Source of the DNA: Mizuhopecten yessoensis
Taxonomy: Eukaryota
DNA: 64,000 bases
Direction of reading: 5' to 3'
Assembly: GCF_002113885.1 (NCBI RefSeq)
Contig: NW_018408800.1
Span: forward strand, 200,907 to 264,906
Shown: one piece after another, positions 49,463 to 63,100 of the stretch
Numbering within the stretch: position 1 is the stretch's first letter
Layout of the letters: every line of letters starts with the position of its first letter
Position numbers and translations under genes: made by a program
Notes under the pieces: generated by a model
Seen by the model: only the letters and a program-made list of their open reading frames with translations
Databases searched by the model: none
What the model was told of the DNA's origin: nothing

Positions 49463-51436
49463 ACACACAGACATTCTCACTAGATATTGAACTGTTCATT
49501 GAGTTTTCTATTCCTTAATAAATCGATAATTCCTCGTAAATGTAATGTTGGAAGAATTTTTGAATTAACGTTATCAATAAACTATGATGCATGCTATATT
49601 TTGTTGGTTATAATATCATCCTCTTATTCCATAGAACACACAATTGCAATTGATAACAATGATGTCGTGCATTTATTTTTAAATATACACGAATATACCA
49701 TAAGTGATTACGGATGTGTCAACAAAACCATAATCCGAACGAATTCAAATTTGATAAAACTAAAACAAAATATGAACAAAGGAAAGATTTACAAGGAGAC
49801 CTTTAAAAAGATACAAGAAGAATAACATCCCGGTAGGGTTAGCGTTTTCTACTTCATCGACGACATCCACTATATAAATATAGGTCATATTAATGTCATA
49901 TCACAACCTTAAATAAAAACCTGAGGGTAGTGATAACGCGAAAACAAGGCAAACTAGGCAGTATTATAAAAATATCGAGCTTCATATCACACAAGGAAAT
50001 ATAACATTTCCCATAGAAATCGAGATGGCGACTTCTCGTCTTAACCAATCTGCATCTTTCGAAACCTGGTGTTGCTCGTTTATCCGTCAAAAGTTGACTG
50101 CTATCACATAAATCGTGACACTCGAAGTATGTTCCTTAATATCGAAGCAAATACGACATGTCAACATCTTAGATTTAGAGATTTCAATACCAAGCACGGA
50201 CAAGTTTACTTTCAGAAAATTGAAATAGTCACGCTTACCGTACAGTTTAGTCGTAAGTTGTAAGTATAGCCATTGGCTAATGTTGAGGAATGGATTTATG
50301 ATATAACGAAAAATTATTGCCTAGGGACGTTGTCAGAGGGCAACGTAAATTATATTGAGATAAAAAAAAAAGTAAGTGGAACCATCCGTAACATTCTGAA
50401 GTGGTGAAACATGTAAAGTTATATTAAGTGTCTGTTAGATGTGGTAATGGATACATATCATTGTGTTACTCAATACAGCAGGCATGGCTTCACGGTATGT
50501 TTTTATGTGACATTTGACACAAATCACACAACATACTTCTTTGTTGATATCGATACAACTTCATAAAGTATAATAATGTAAACCTTACACACAAGGAAGT
50601 TGCTAAAATCAGCGTGTCCTCTGATAGTCTGTGTAAGGTTCTCAGAATGTATGTCCCACTTTCGATTAAAACGAAGAATACTCTTTTGGGTTCGTCCGTC
50701 CGTCATGCTTGGTTTCCATGCAATACCTCCTCTAACATGTTCCGATTTAAACCAAATATAGTATGTACATTCACATTAGCATGCTACAAACAATGCCCAA
50801 TTGCCAACCCGATACGTCTGTATTTACTCAAAATTAATGAGTTAGATTTTTTAAAGTGATTCTTAAGAAAGTAGATAAGGTAATTATCCTTTGTTTTTAC
50901 AAGTAGATATGCAGATGGAATCCTAGAGTAAGATGAATTACCTGAACAACAACTAGCATAATTTGCCAACTAAAATGTTTGGCTTGTTGTAGCAAACTAT
51001 ATGATATTATGACGTTATTGATGTTACCCGTTAAGAGTGCATTCCTATTCAGAACGACCCACATCGATCTACTGCCAACAAAGCAAAAACTAAAAGAACA
51101 TATCTTTTCTTTTCTCTCTCTCCTCAAGCTTTCCATTCCTCGATACATTTTATAAGATATCTCCACAGCACATATAAGATATCACAGACATATGTAAGGT
51201 ATTTCGTAAATGTGTACGATATATTGTATTACTTTATTGAACAAAGGACAAGCATTACTCGTGGAATGAATGTTAGGTTGACATCCCATACAAATGTAAT
51301 AATTTCCGAAATGAAATCGACTTATGTATTCAACTGAATGAAGAATGAGAGACAAAGATAATCCCGAATTTTAGAAATTATTCAGACGACCTGAAATATG
51401 TCCTCTATTACTATTATTATTATTATTATTATTATT

Positions 51437-51623
51437 ATTCCATCTTTGCGTATTGCAGAGTTATCTTCTCTTGTGAGCAGGTATTGATTGTTACGTCATT
51501 GGTTTGTGTGAGAAAATACGTCGTTTTCTCAAAAATTGATGACGTTACTCTCACAAACAAATGACGCAACAATCAATACCTGCTCCCAAGAGCAGATAAC
51601 TCTGCAATACGCAAAGACGGAAT
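51437..51623. mobile_element. Palindromic MITE
   Basis: attccatctttgcgtattgcagagttatct.. / ..agataactctgcaatacgcaaagacggaat inverted arms of ~75 bp. Confidence 0.75.
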
Positions 51624-52426
51624 GCAAGCGTACATCGCAAATGAGTTTAATGGAAGTGAACTTATTATCATTTAGAACAAAACAAACAGAATAACTCTCA
51701 GAAAAAAGAACATACAGGAACAGTTTTGTTTGATTAAATTTCATTTTATTGCAACATTAAATTCAACAAGGAAATATCTGGACATGAATAGAAATAAGAA
51801 GCAATGAACAAAAATACATTACCTTTTTTCAAATTGTTATTTCTACCAAAATAGTTATTCAATGTGTTATTATCGCTAATAGTAATAAATATGTTTTAGC
51901 TTTAATTTATTGTTAAGATTTTTTTATTTACTTTTTATTATTTTGTCATATTCTAATGAAGCGTACCAGACGTTGATATCACTCCAATACTACGGTATAC
52001 AAATACGTTCAGTCATACTCCATAATTTCATTAATGGTTTATATAAACTATTTCTAACGCTTCATAAAACTGTGCCTAATTTATGAACTAAAAGAAATAT
52101 TCATTCTAAGAAAGTAAGCTAAGAACAACACGGTAATATTACTCTCAGATTAAGTTGTTGAGAAACTGTCAGTCGAACGTCATAGTTTCGTCAAAAACTA
52201 CTTCTTAGATTCTTTTCTGCTGGTTGTGACTCCCCTTATTTTCATATCCTAAATAGTATGTCTAAGAACACAAGGTAACGATGCTTTAAGAATAAATTAT
52301 TGAGAAACGGTCAGTTGAACGTCATTGGTTCGTCAATAATTATTTATTTATTTTTAAGCAGTTTTCTGCATTGTGTAAAGTTCTGATTCCGAAAGAAATG
52401 TCAATTCCGATAGAAAATGCCGATAG

Positions 52427-55400
52427 CTAAACATTTTGATTGAAAAATGTACCAAGTACAAGTGTAGCCAGCATTAGCACCCAACTACCGGTCACCACGG
52501 CAACGCCCGAATCTGAAAAGACATACACATGTATATATATCAATATTTTGTTAAATATTTAAAGCGATCAATTTTAATACATATTGTTTTTGTAACCAGG
52601 CAAAATTCGTATATTTCTTGGAATTAGAAAAAAAAAAGCTACCTTAAAATTAAAAATGTGCATTATGATAATATGAACGGTATTTCTTGATTTGTTTTGC
52701 AGCAAATTATTTAAGTAATTTAACAATTACATGCCATATATTACTAGGGGAACCGGTGAAACCGGGGCGGGGGACTATATTTTTCCTCTCCGTCCGTCTG
52801 TGTACGTAAGTATATACGTACGTACGTAACACCAATGTTTGTCAGCGCTCTAGCAGCTTCATTCCTTCATAGATTTTGATCAAACTTCACACAAATACAA
52901 AGAACCATAATATTTCGGACAAGTTCGAATTGCAGGGTTGTTAGGTCAAGGACACCGTTACTTTTTTTAGAAAATCCTTGCCAGCGCTTCAGCGGCTTCA
53001 TTCTTTAAGGTATTTTGATCAAGCTTCAAACAATTACAAAGGACGACCATAATATCTCGGGCAAGTTTGAGTTTCAGGGTTGTTTGTTCAAGGTCAAGGT
53101 CACCGTTACTATTTTTTAGAAAATCCTTGTCAGCCCTCTAGCGGCTTCATTTCTTACTGGTTAAACTTAATTGAAACATATATATTTTTTCCTGTGACAT
53201 TTCCTAGAAATATTAACCATTTCACTTATTGAAAATATTTGAAATAGCATGTAAACATTATGGTTCAGAAACATTAGGATACCTACAGACAAAAAATAAC
53301 TTTCAAGTTCAAAGGGTCGTAACGCTGTTGAAAGGGCAATAATGAACTGAATTAAACTGGATAAGTAACACGTTATTACACATTGGTGATGATATTCACG
53401 TAATTGATTTAATACCACAAAAGCAACAAAATATAACAATCATTTTATTTTATATAATTCCACAGTAATAATACTAACATTACAATTTCTTGTATTATTA
53501 TTACATTAAAATCAGTTACAAGCTGATATGATATACTTTTCATTTTCCCAAATTAACACCAAAGGGCACCATTTTTATAAATTATTTCAGTGTAATAGCT
53601 AGTGGGGGCCGGTAGGGGACATGTATTGCTTTAGCAATACTTAGTATGCTTGATATCTATTATCATACCTCAAAGCAAGGAATATTACAGGAATAACATT
53701 TCTTTAGGTAAAATTTTAGAAAATTAATCACCTTCCTTTTCATACGAACACATGTTTATGCAAGCATAAATGTGATTGATACAAACTCTCTACGATCCTG
53801 ATACTAATTCCGTTTGATTTAAATGAAATGATTTCGTTAGATGGAATTCGTTTCAGCGATATACATTAGATACATTAATTACAATAGAATATCTTCTTTC
53901 TAGAGATTTCTATTTTATCAATGAGAGATCCTTTACTTTAGGAGTGCTCATTAATCGCAGTAAATAATTTTCAAAATGAAGTATTTAGTGAGTAGCAATG
54001 ACTCAGATAAAATAACAAAATTGTTTTCTTACTAAAAATGTCCAAACATTATCGTGATACATTCATATACTTGTTATACCTTCCTTTGAACGAAGTCTTC
54101 GTATTTTGGCTGATTTAGTAATTAACGCCAAATCAACTTCTTACTATGAAGTAAATTAAATAAACAACATAGAATAACGCGTATCCAGTTACCAAAATAT
54201 AAGAGTAACTTTCAAGTATACGAGATATGTTTCCGTACCTGAAGAAACAGTCCATGACAAGGCTGCCACCGTTTCAAGCGCAGTAAGTTGAGCAGATGTC
54301 AGAGCAGCTCGCTGACTTGCTGTTGTTGATTGCGCCTGAGAAGTACTGAACGTGTTGATTTGCGTCACGGTGAAACCCTATAAAACACAAAAAGGATGAG
54401 AATTTCCTGACCGGATTTGGTTTGAAAGTAACCTTTATATAATTAAAATAAGCTTGGATATCGATGTGCTGCTCATGACAAACAATCCTAATTAATTAGT
54501 CAATTGTTCCAACAAGCTCTGATTTGAATGAATTAATCAAATCCTTTGTTTTGTTTAATAAAGGTGATAAAATAATCAAAGTACCGAGGGAACTCAGGGA
54601 TGCTGTATATGAAGGATTCAAATAATGGAATAAAGGAGGTGCTATATCAGGACAGAATGGCAGTAAATAATAAAGAAAATGCTGTTGAGTAAGGGTCATA
54701 ATAGCCTATCCCTTAATCATAATTTACAATAAAAATATTTAGTACAAGCAGAGTATTGCTAAAACAATATAGGTCCCTTACTGGCTACTATTAGCAGTAT
54801 AAAAATAAATAACGATAACCTTGACTCAACAGCCCTGCAATTGAATATTGGCTGATATTATGGTGTTTCAAATCGATGGAAACCCATGACGGAAATGACT
54901 GCATTGCTACGGAGCCATATTAGGAAAGTTTACGATAGAATAAAAAAATGTTATATAGATAATATAAATAAATAATTATGATATTATTATTACAATTTGG
55001 GAAGCTATCTACAAACTCGTTAGGCACAGCTGCTGTCGCATTGGGAAGCTATCTATAAACTCGTTAGGCACGGCTGCTGACGGCTACTTTAGTATAACCC
55101 AACATTCTCTTTCACTTGGAGACTTTCCATTGAGACAAAGAGAACACGAAGCCTAATTTATCAAGGACAGTAATCAAACAGTCGTTCAACAAGTCATGAG
55201 CATGAAACTACGCGATGATGGAAAAGGGGAGAAAACTCTTACACACACACACGCACACACTTAAGAGTATTGGAATACGAGGCGTAGTAATTTGAACCAA
55301 ATATAGTTCGGAACTTTCACTGATTAAAAACGCCACTGTTAAAGATGTTTACTTATTTTCTTTTATTTTTGTTTTGTCTTATACAGATATATTTTACCAT

Positions 55401-58400
55401 ATTATATATCATTGATCATATCATGAAATAATGAACACATAATCTAAATATCTTTCACGGAGTTTTTTTTTTTTTGTGAAGAAATTATTCGGTCGAAAAA
55501 GCGAAGTAATCTAAGATTGATATAGTTCATGATGCTCACTGAAAAGATCTTAAATCTTAAGTTCATGTAGCACAGCCATTGTATAAATGTGACAATTCGA
55601 TGAATAGTACAGCATGTTCTTTGTAATTTTCATCAGACAAATGGCCAGTGAAGCGTATGAACCTTGAGTTGCTAAATATGTGCGAGATGAAAAACGAAAA
55701 CGATAAGTCGATTCGGCTACGCTAAACTATGTGCGAGATGAAAAACGTCAATCTTTTTAACATTTTTTCTTTGATTTATTGATCGTTTTCATATGTATTT
55801 CATCATTTTATATCATTAATCATACCATGAAATAATCAACACATTATTTAAAGATCTTCCGCGGAAGAAGAAAGTCTGTTGTTTGGTTTTGATTTGCCCA
55901 GGCTTGGCGAGGACCGCTATGAATGCTGTACACAGAATCCAAAAATGTACTTTATGTCATCGACGAACGTCATTTCACAAAAGAAATGCACCGACATTAG
56001 ATATTATTATTCCTCATCGATTTTACAGCGCGTCTGATTGGTTTAAACACATCAAATGACAGGATTATAAAACATCCAGTCTCCCTCACGCGATCCATTT
56101 TCCTTGTTGAGTATCCCTCTCGGAACCCTCGCACATTATCGGACGAGTTGTCTCTCTTTGTAAGACTCTCTAACGCCCGATGTGTTCTGGACGACACCCA
56201 AACATCAACAATGGCTGTGAACGGGAGATTCCACCTCCTAACAGCTGAGAACGTGAAAGGCTATAATTGTTGTTCAATTTGATGTCAAATCAAAACACTG
56301 ACAGTGATAGATATTTGTAGTTTATATATGCTACCAGACCTAATGAAATAATAAAAATATTATAACAATAATAATAATAATAATTGGAGGTTCTTATATA
56401 CCGCTTTATCACAACCTAGCAACCTTGCATTGCCTAATGTTGATGTATTTTTGTTATATGTGTTACAGAACAGAGATTCCACAGATGGAATTTCGGAATA
56501 ATAAAACACTTAAGGGAGACCTGAGGAGTTGTTCCCAATCGACAAATCATGTTCCCCCGGGGCTTCGCCCTCGGGAAACATGATTTATCTCGGGAAAACA
56601 ACTCTTCAGGTCTCCCTCAAACCAGGGCAAAAAGTATATAGAATAAAGTAATTTTATATATCCGATAACAGTGACTTACAGTGAAAGTAGTATCAGGGAT
56701 GTATGATATGTGGTTTGCGTCCACAGAATCTATCTGTGTTTCCGACAGGGTGGATATTTCATTGGCGGTCAGACCACCTGTAAGACAAAAAGGTAGATAT
56801 AATGAAAAACAATTTTGAAATATATTCGCAATTCCATCGATCTTTTCCTATACTGTATATATGGAATTAAATGTTTTCCGAACGTATGACAATATTCATA
56901 TAATTAGATAGAGCAGAATGAAAATAACAATGTTTTACCAATGACGATCCCAACATTGGTGATAACAGTGGTGTCCCATGTTGTGATGTCACTTCCGTAA
57001 GTTGCCTTTGCTAGGGCGGCAAAAGCTTGAAGTTGGGTGTCCTCACAACTTGTCAATTCACCAACAGCATCCGCAGCACTCCTTCATTAAGGTACACGAG
57101 ATTAAATATCAATACAGATGGAATGCGACATAGTCACAGGTATATTGTAATTGATACCCTCAAAATGTGACCGGTTATCATAGAAGCTGTGCAATTTTTA
57201 TGATAAGGAATATACGTTTATCGTAAGGCAGTTGCATCACATACATGAACAATATACCACAAGTATAGTAATAACAATTCATATAACCATACGCCGTCAA
57301 AATGTTCTTGACTTGAAAATCACCTGGCAATAACTGTTTTTGTGACTTGAGCTGATGAGAAAAAGACAAAATAACAAGGTTATGATTTCGGTTAACCAAT
57401 ATCTTTCAAAACGACGTTTCAACTGATATTCAATAGTCACTTTTCAATAACTGGTAGACAGTATACTGTATGAAGATGTTATATTTCACATTTCACTTAC
57501 TTGTAGACAAATGACTGTAATGACAGGTGATATTTCACATCCCACTTACTAGTAGACAGAGGACTGTATTCAGAGGTGTTATTTCACATCCCACTTACTA
57601 GTAGACAGAGGACTGTATTCAGAGGTGTTATTTCACTTCCCACTTATTAGTAGACAGAGGACTGTATTCAGAGGTGTTATTTCACATCCCACTTACTAGT
57701 AGACAGAGGACTGTATTCAGAGGTGATATGTCACTTCCCACTAACTAGTAGACAGAGGACTGTATTCAGAGGTGATATGCCACTTCCCACTAACTAGTAG
57801 ACAGAGGACTGTATTCAGAGGTGATATGTCACTTCCCACTAACTAGTAGACAGAGGACTGTATTCAGAGGTGATATACCACTTCCCACTTATTAGTAGAC
57901 AGAGGACTGTATTCAGAAGTGATATGTCACCCCCCACTTATTAGTAGACAGAGGACTGTATTCAGAGGTGATATGCCACCTCCTACTTATTAGTAGACAG
58001 CGGACTGTATTCAGAGGTGATATGCCACTTCCCACTTATTAGTAGACAGAGGACTGTATTCAGAGGTGATATGTCACTTCCCACTTATTAGTAGACAGAG
58101 GACTGTATTCAGAGGTGGTGTTTCACTCCCCACTTATTGGTAGACAGAGGACTGTATTCAGAGGTGATATTTCACTCCCCACTTATTAGTAGACAGAGGA
58201 CTGTATTCAGAGGTGATATTTCACATTTCACTTACTAGTAGACAAAGGACTGTATTGAGATGTTATATCTCATATTTCACTTACTGGTAGACAGAAGACT
58301 GTATGACGTTGATATGGCCCGTTTCTGCACCACAGGTAACATGCCCAAGAGATCTAAGTTCACTGGACGTGATGGTGCTACTGTCGCTTCCCTTCTCTAG

Positions 58401-60152
58401 GGCTAACCATCGCTGATACACAGCTATTTTCTGCCATAAAAAAAATCCAATTTTTACTTTGAATTTAATCAGCTAAGCTTGTGACTATGATATAAATCCT
58501 CGATAACGGACCAGTTGTTAGATATTCAGCAGCTGTACGTAAAATTCAATCAAAATCGTCCTTGCTAGTCGACATTATTTTCCACACAAGAGACTCTGAT
58601 CGTAATACTTGGATACATATATTTAACTTGTATAAGTGGAACACTGTTGTTGCTTTACTTACCTTGAGACTATCCCAACCATCGAACTGTCCGAGTCGAC
58701 TGACAGCGTCCAGGTCAAGAGTGAGGGTACCGATCTGGGACTCTGTAAGGGACTGACAGATCACACCAGCATTGTAAACGTTGGTGGCAGACCATGTGGA
58801 CGGGTCACCCCAAACCTGCGGTAGAAATTGATTATATCTTAAGTTCATGTAGCACAGTCATTGTATAAATGTGACAATTCGATGAATAGTACAGCATGTT
58901 CTTTGTAATTTTCATCAGACAAATGGCCAGTGAAGCGTATGAACCTTGAGTTGCTAAATATGTGCGAGATGAAAAACGAAAACGATAATTCGATTCGGCT
59001 ACGCCAATTTATGTGCGAGATGAAAAACGTCAAGTCGATTCGACTACGCTAAATATGTGCGAGATGAAAACGATAACAATAATAAGTTGATTCGACTACG
59101 CTAAATATGTGCGAGATGAAAAGCGATAACGATAAGTCGATTCGGCTACTCTAAATATGTGCGAGATGAAAAACGAACACGATAGGTCGATTTGACTGTG
59201 CTATACGCGTTTGTACACTCAGGTGTAATTAATGTAACATGATGAACAACTCGGCAAATCCAGTGGGCTACCTTTTATTTCTTACTTGGCAATACATGTG
59301 CAAGGTTCTAAGATCAATGCTCATTTTTGTTTATTAGGACAAGCACTTCCGGTGTGTTCCGATACATGTATCTACCATTATTTGCCACTTGAACAGGGTT
59401 TTCTCTCTCTCCATCACTTCAGACTTATTTTTGTCAATAGGCTCTCGCATATTCATGAACACGTCTTAACCAAAGCTTGGCGAATCGATTTGTCTATATG
59501 ATAACCATCCCGTACATAAATATCACCTAGGTGTACATACGCTCACGCATAGCTTAATCAACTGGTCGATTAGACTGCCATCTCATACATATGTAACAAC
59601 TTAGCAAACATTCGATTGCTATGTTATTGTCTGAAGAAGGTAATAATCCGCAATATCTTTCATATTGTTCTATTGAAAATGAAAAACCTTGTAAGATAAC
59701 CATTGTATATCATACATCATCAAAATAATTATTTAACGAATCTTTTAAAATATATGATGATATACTATAAGCATACAGTCGATCTCATGGCAACGGCCAA
59801 TAGAGCTGTTTCCTGTGCGTCACTGTAGTCTGTCACCGATCCCAATGTCTCAGCGCAATCGATGAACTCCTGGTCGTCCAAGTTGGATATTTGCGTTGTG
59901 GTCAGGGCTGCCAAACCGCTGGTTCCGATAGCTTGGAGGTCACTACAGGTCAGGGATGCTGATAATTCAAACATTGATAAATACCACTATTGTATACATA
60001 CACTTTAGGTCAATACTTTGATATGTATGTTTGTTGACACAAGAACATTGCTACACAACTCCAACAACCCAAGTGGAGTTTAGGTGAGGTGGCACTATAA
60101 ATGATACCGTTGGAAGTACGGTCCCACTACAAACAGAACACAATACAACTCG

Positions 60153-60186
<34 letters not shown>

Positions 60187-63100
60187 CATACACACATAGG
60201 GAGATATTAGTCAGGTGGCATATGACTAGTTAGCGCCTGATAAGGCAGTTCCTGCGAATTCCTCAATATTATATTGATTAATGTATATGCTAATTGTATT
60301 GATTGTATAAAATTGTATATCTATGTACTGTAAAGCGCTTTAGAGTGACTTATGTTAGCTAGATAGGGCGCTATATCAAATGTTGTATATTTATTTATTT
60401 ATAGATGTATATTGTTATATAGTTTCACTAATGGCCAGTATCGACCTTTCGGTTATTATCATTGTTGGAGGAAATCGTTCACACGACATGTGTGTTTGTC
60501 TTGAATACTATAATAAGACGTACTTGGGTTTCCATTCAAATATTTATATATACCTTTATATCATATGGGGGTTTCATATCTATACATGTCCGTTAACAGG
60601 GACTAAGTGTACCATTAAAGTTATATAACATTAAATTTGAGCAACACAGAGCAATTTTCAAAACATTTTACTGTGTATGGAAAACAATTCTGGCCAGATT
60701 GTTTCTTCAGAACATTCATGTGCACTATTTTCCCCTTTGTAAGTTCACTAAGTTATTGGGAATTTCGCATTACTGTATAAATGAGAACTTTCGCCCTTCA
60801 CTGGGAAAAAAAATCCATATCCATATTAGAGTATTGTGAATTTCGCATTTTACTTGTAGTGACTGAATATAGTATATGGTGCTTTAACTTTCGCTGCAAG
60901 GATAAATTCTCCCACATAATGAAGGGCTAAAGTAACGAAAGTTATACTGCGGAGTACATAGTTATTGATTTCTGTTATTGCTATTGCCCTGAAACACTTA
61001 TCATACGAGCACAACATCAGTATAGAATACCTAGCTTAATAACGCTACCTGTTGATCTCCGTTTACGGCCAGTCAAACCGGAATTGGAAGAAGTAAGGGA
61101 TTCCTTGGCAGACAAAATTTTGGTTGCAACAGCAATCTTCAACGTTTTGTAAGTTTGCTTATCGGCGTCCTTGACATCGGATTTAAATCCACTTTTTTCA
61201 CGTTCCTTGTCAGATTCTTCTTTTTCTTTGAACGATTTCATTATCGTTTCAGAGAGATCAGATATAGTTTCCTTGAAATAAAAAAACCCAAAAATAATAA
61301 ACATATCGAATGTAAGCAAATTCTTTGCGTGTGTAATTAAGGGATATGTCTAGTAATTCTAAACTGAGGTTATCAACTCACATCTGGAATAGTATCGAGA
61401 ATAGAAGAAGGTAAGTTTGCAACTGCAGATCCCAAGCTCACAACTGCCGACGATGTCATACTTGAACCGCTTGTTCTGGAAAGAAACAATAATTTTAAGC
61501 ACGAAAACGGTTATAAGCATATGATTACAAGATATAATATTCAAGATAACCATGTAATATTTATTTACAGTGTGATTTTCTGATCATTTAACGTTTCAAT
61601 TACGCTGCATGCAAAAAATTAGTCTAATATGATAGCCCCTGTCTTAATGTCACAATATTTGAGAGAATAGTGACAGGAATTGTAGGCAGTAGTTGTGTGA
61701 TAGTTCAATACTTTATAGGTAAATGATGATTGTCTACTGACGCCTGTTTATTATGTTAAAGCAAAACGTTAAAGTGGCTCACATCCCCATCTTTGACACA
61801 TAATTGTTTGCTAGTGCCTGCCTCTCGTCTTTGCCGAGACTGCATTTTTGAATGACACTTGCATATTCGTCTAGAGCATCAGCGTCCAACTCTTTGATGT
61901 ATGTCTCAGTGATACCACACAACAGATTGCCGGCCTTTTTCAAGTCGTCTTTTGTGATCGTCCCAGATATTTTGCCCTGTAAATGTTAAACCGTATAGTT
62001 CAGTTATGAAAAGTAATCACATTGTATATCTTTTCTTTTGAATAGTACATCCAAAGAACTTTAAGATGTTCACTTACCACACACGCGACAAAGTAGTCCC
62101 ATTTGTCCTCCAACTCGGCCTTTGTGAGGAGCTTTGTGTTAGCTGTAGACACTTTCTCCAGAATATCCAAGCACCTGCTTGAACCATACTTGTCTAGCTC
62201 AGCTTTACTGAAACACAATTATCAACTTATCATGTATAACTTTGAACGAGGTCGTCGAATGAACCACAATATTATGTATAATTACATGTAATTCGAATAG
62301 AAGAACTGTTTGTATTTTGAACAAAATTAAGAAATATTCATGCTCATAATCATGATTTTATATTGTAAGCATCCTGTCTGGGCTCGTACCTATGATGTGC
62401 AAGGATTTGCGCCGACATCTGACTGACTGTAGAACTGCTGGTGGAGGATTGGAGACTTGCAGCGTCAGTAGAGTCGAATGAAGTGGCGTTCTTTCGTTGT
62501 TCGTATAACGTCTTACTCTATACAAACGAAAATATGTTATACTCGTTCATTCTAAAACAATATTACGTGATCCTGATTTAGTTGAAGTCAATAACAATAC
62601 TTCAACTGAAACGTATTCTTTGCTAATCTATCAAAAAAATTAGCAAATCAAGTTTATGCAGCAATGAAACAAAACATACCTTTAAATACACGCTTCAAAA
62701 GGTTGATAAGAAGAAGAATTGTGAAAACATAAAAAATATCTCATTTTAATAAAGTTACTAAAGTACACTTTACAAATAAAAAAATAGCATTACCAGGCCT
62801 CGTGTCAAGCATGGAGTTTCGCTGATTTTTGTGAGAACATCGAGGTAAGAACTGTCTTGCACGAAGTTGATAACATCTTCCTTACTAAAGCCACACGCAT
62901 AAGGAAGAATATTTGTTACCCTCATCAGGGTAAAGTTGGTGTTGGTTGAAGTTACATCTCCGACAACAGTCTTCACTTTCTTCATCAGAAACCTTGCCTG
63001 AAGACATATTATGTATAATATGGTGTATCCAAGGTCGCAATGTAACGTTAAAACTGGTTCAAAACAGTTCTAAGGTGTTTCAGTTAAAACTGAAACACAT

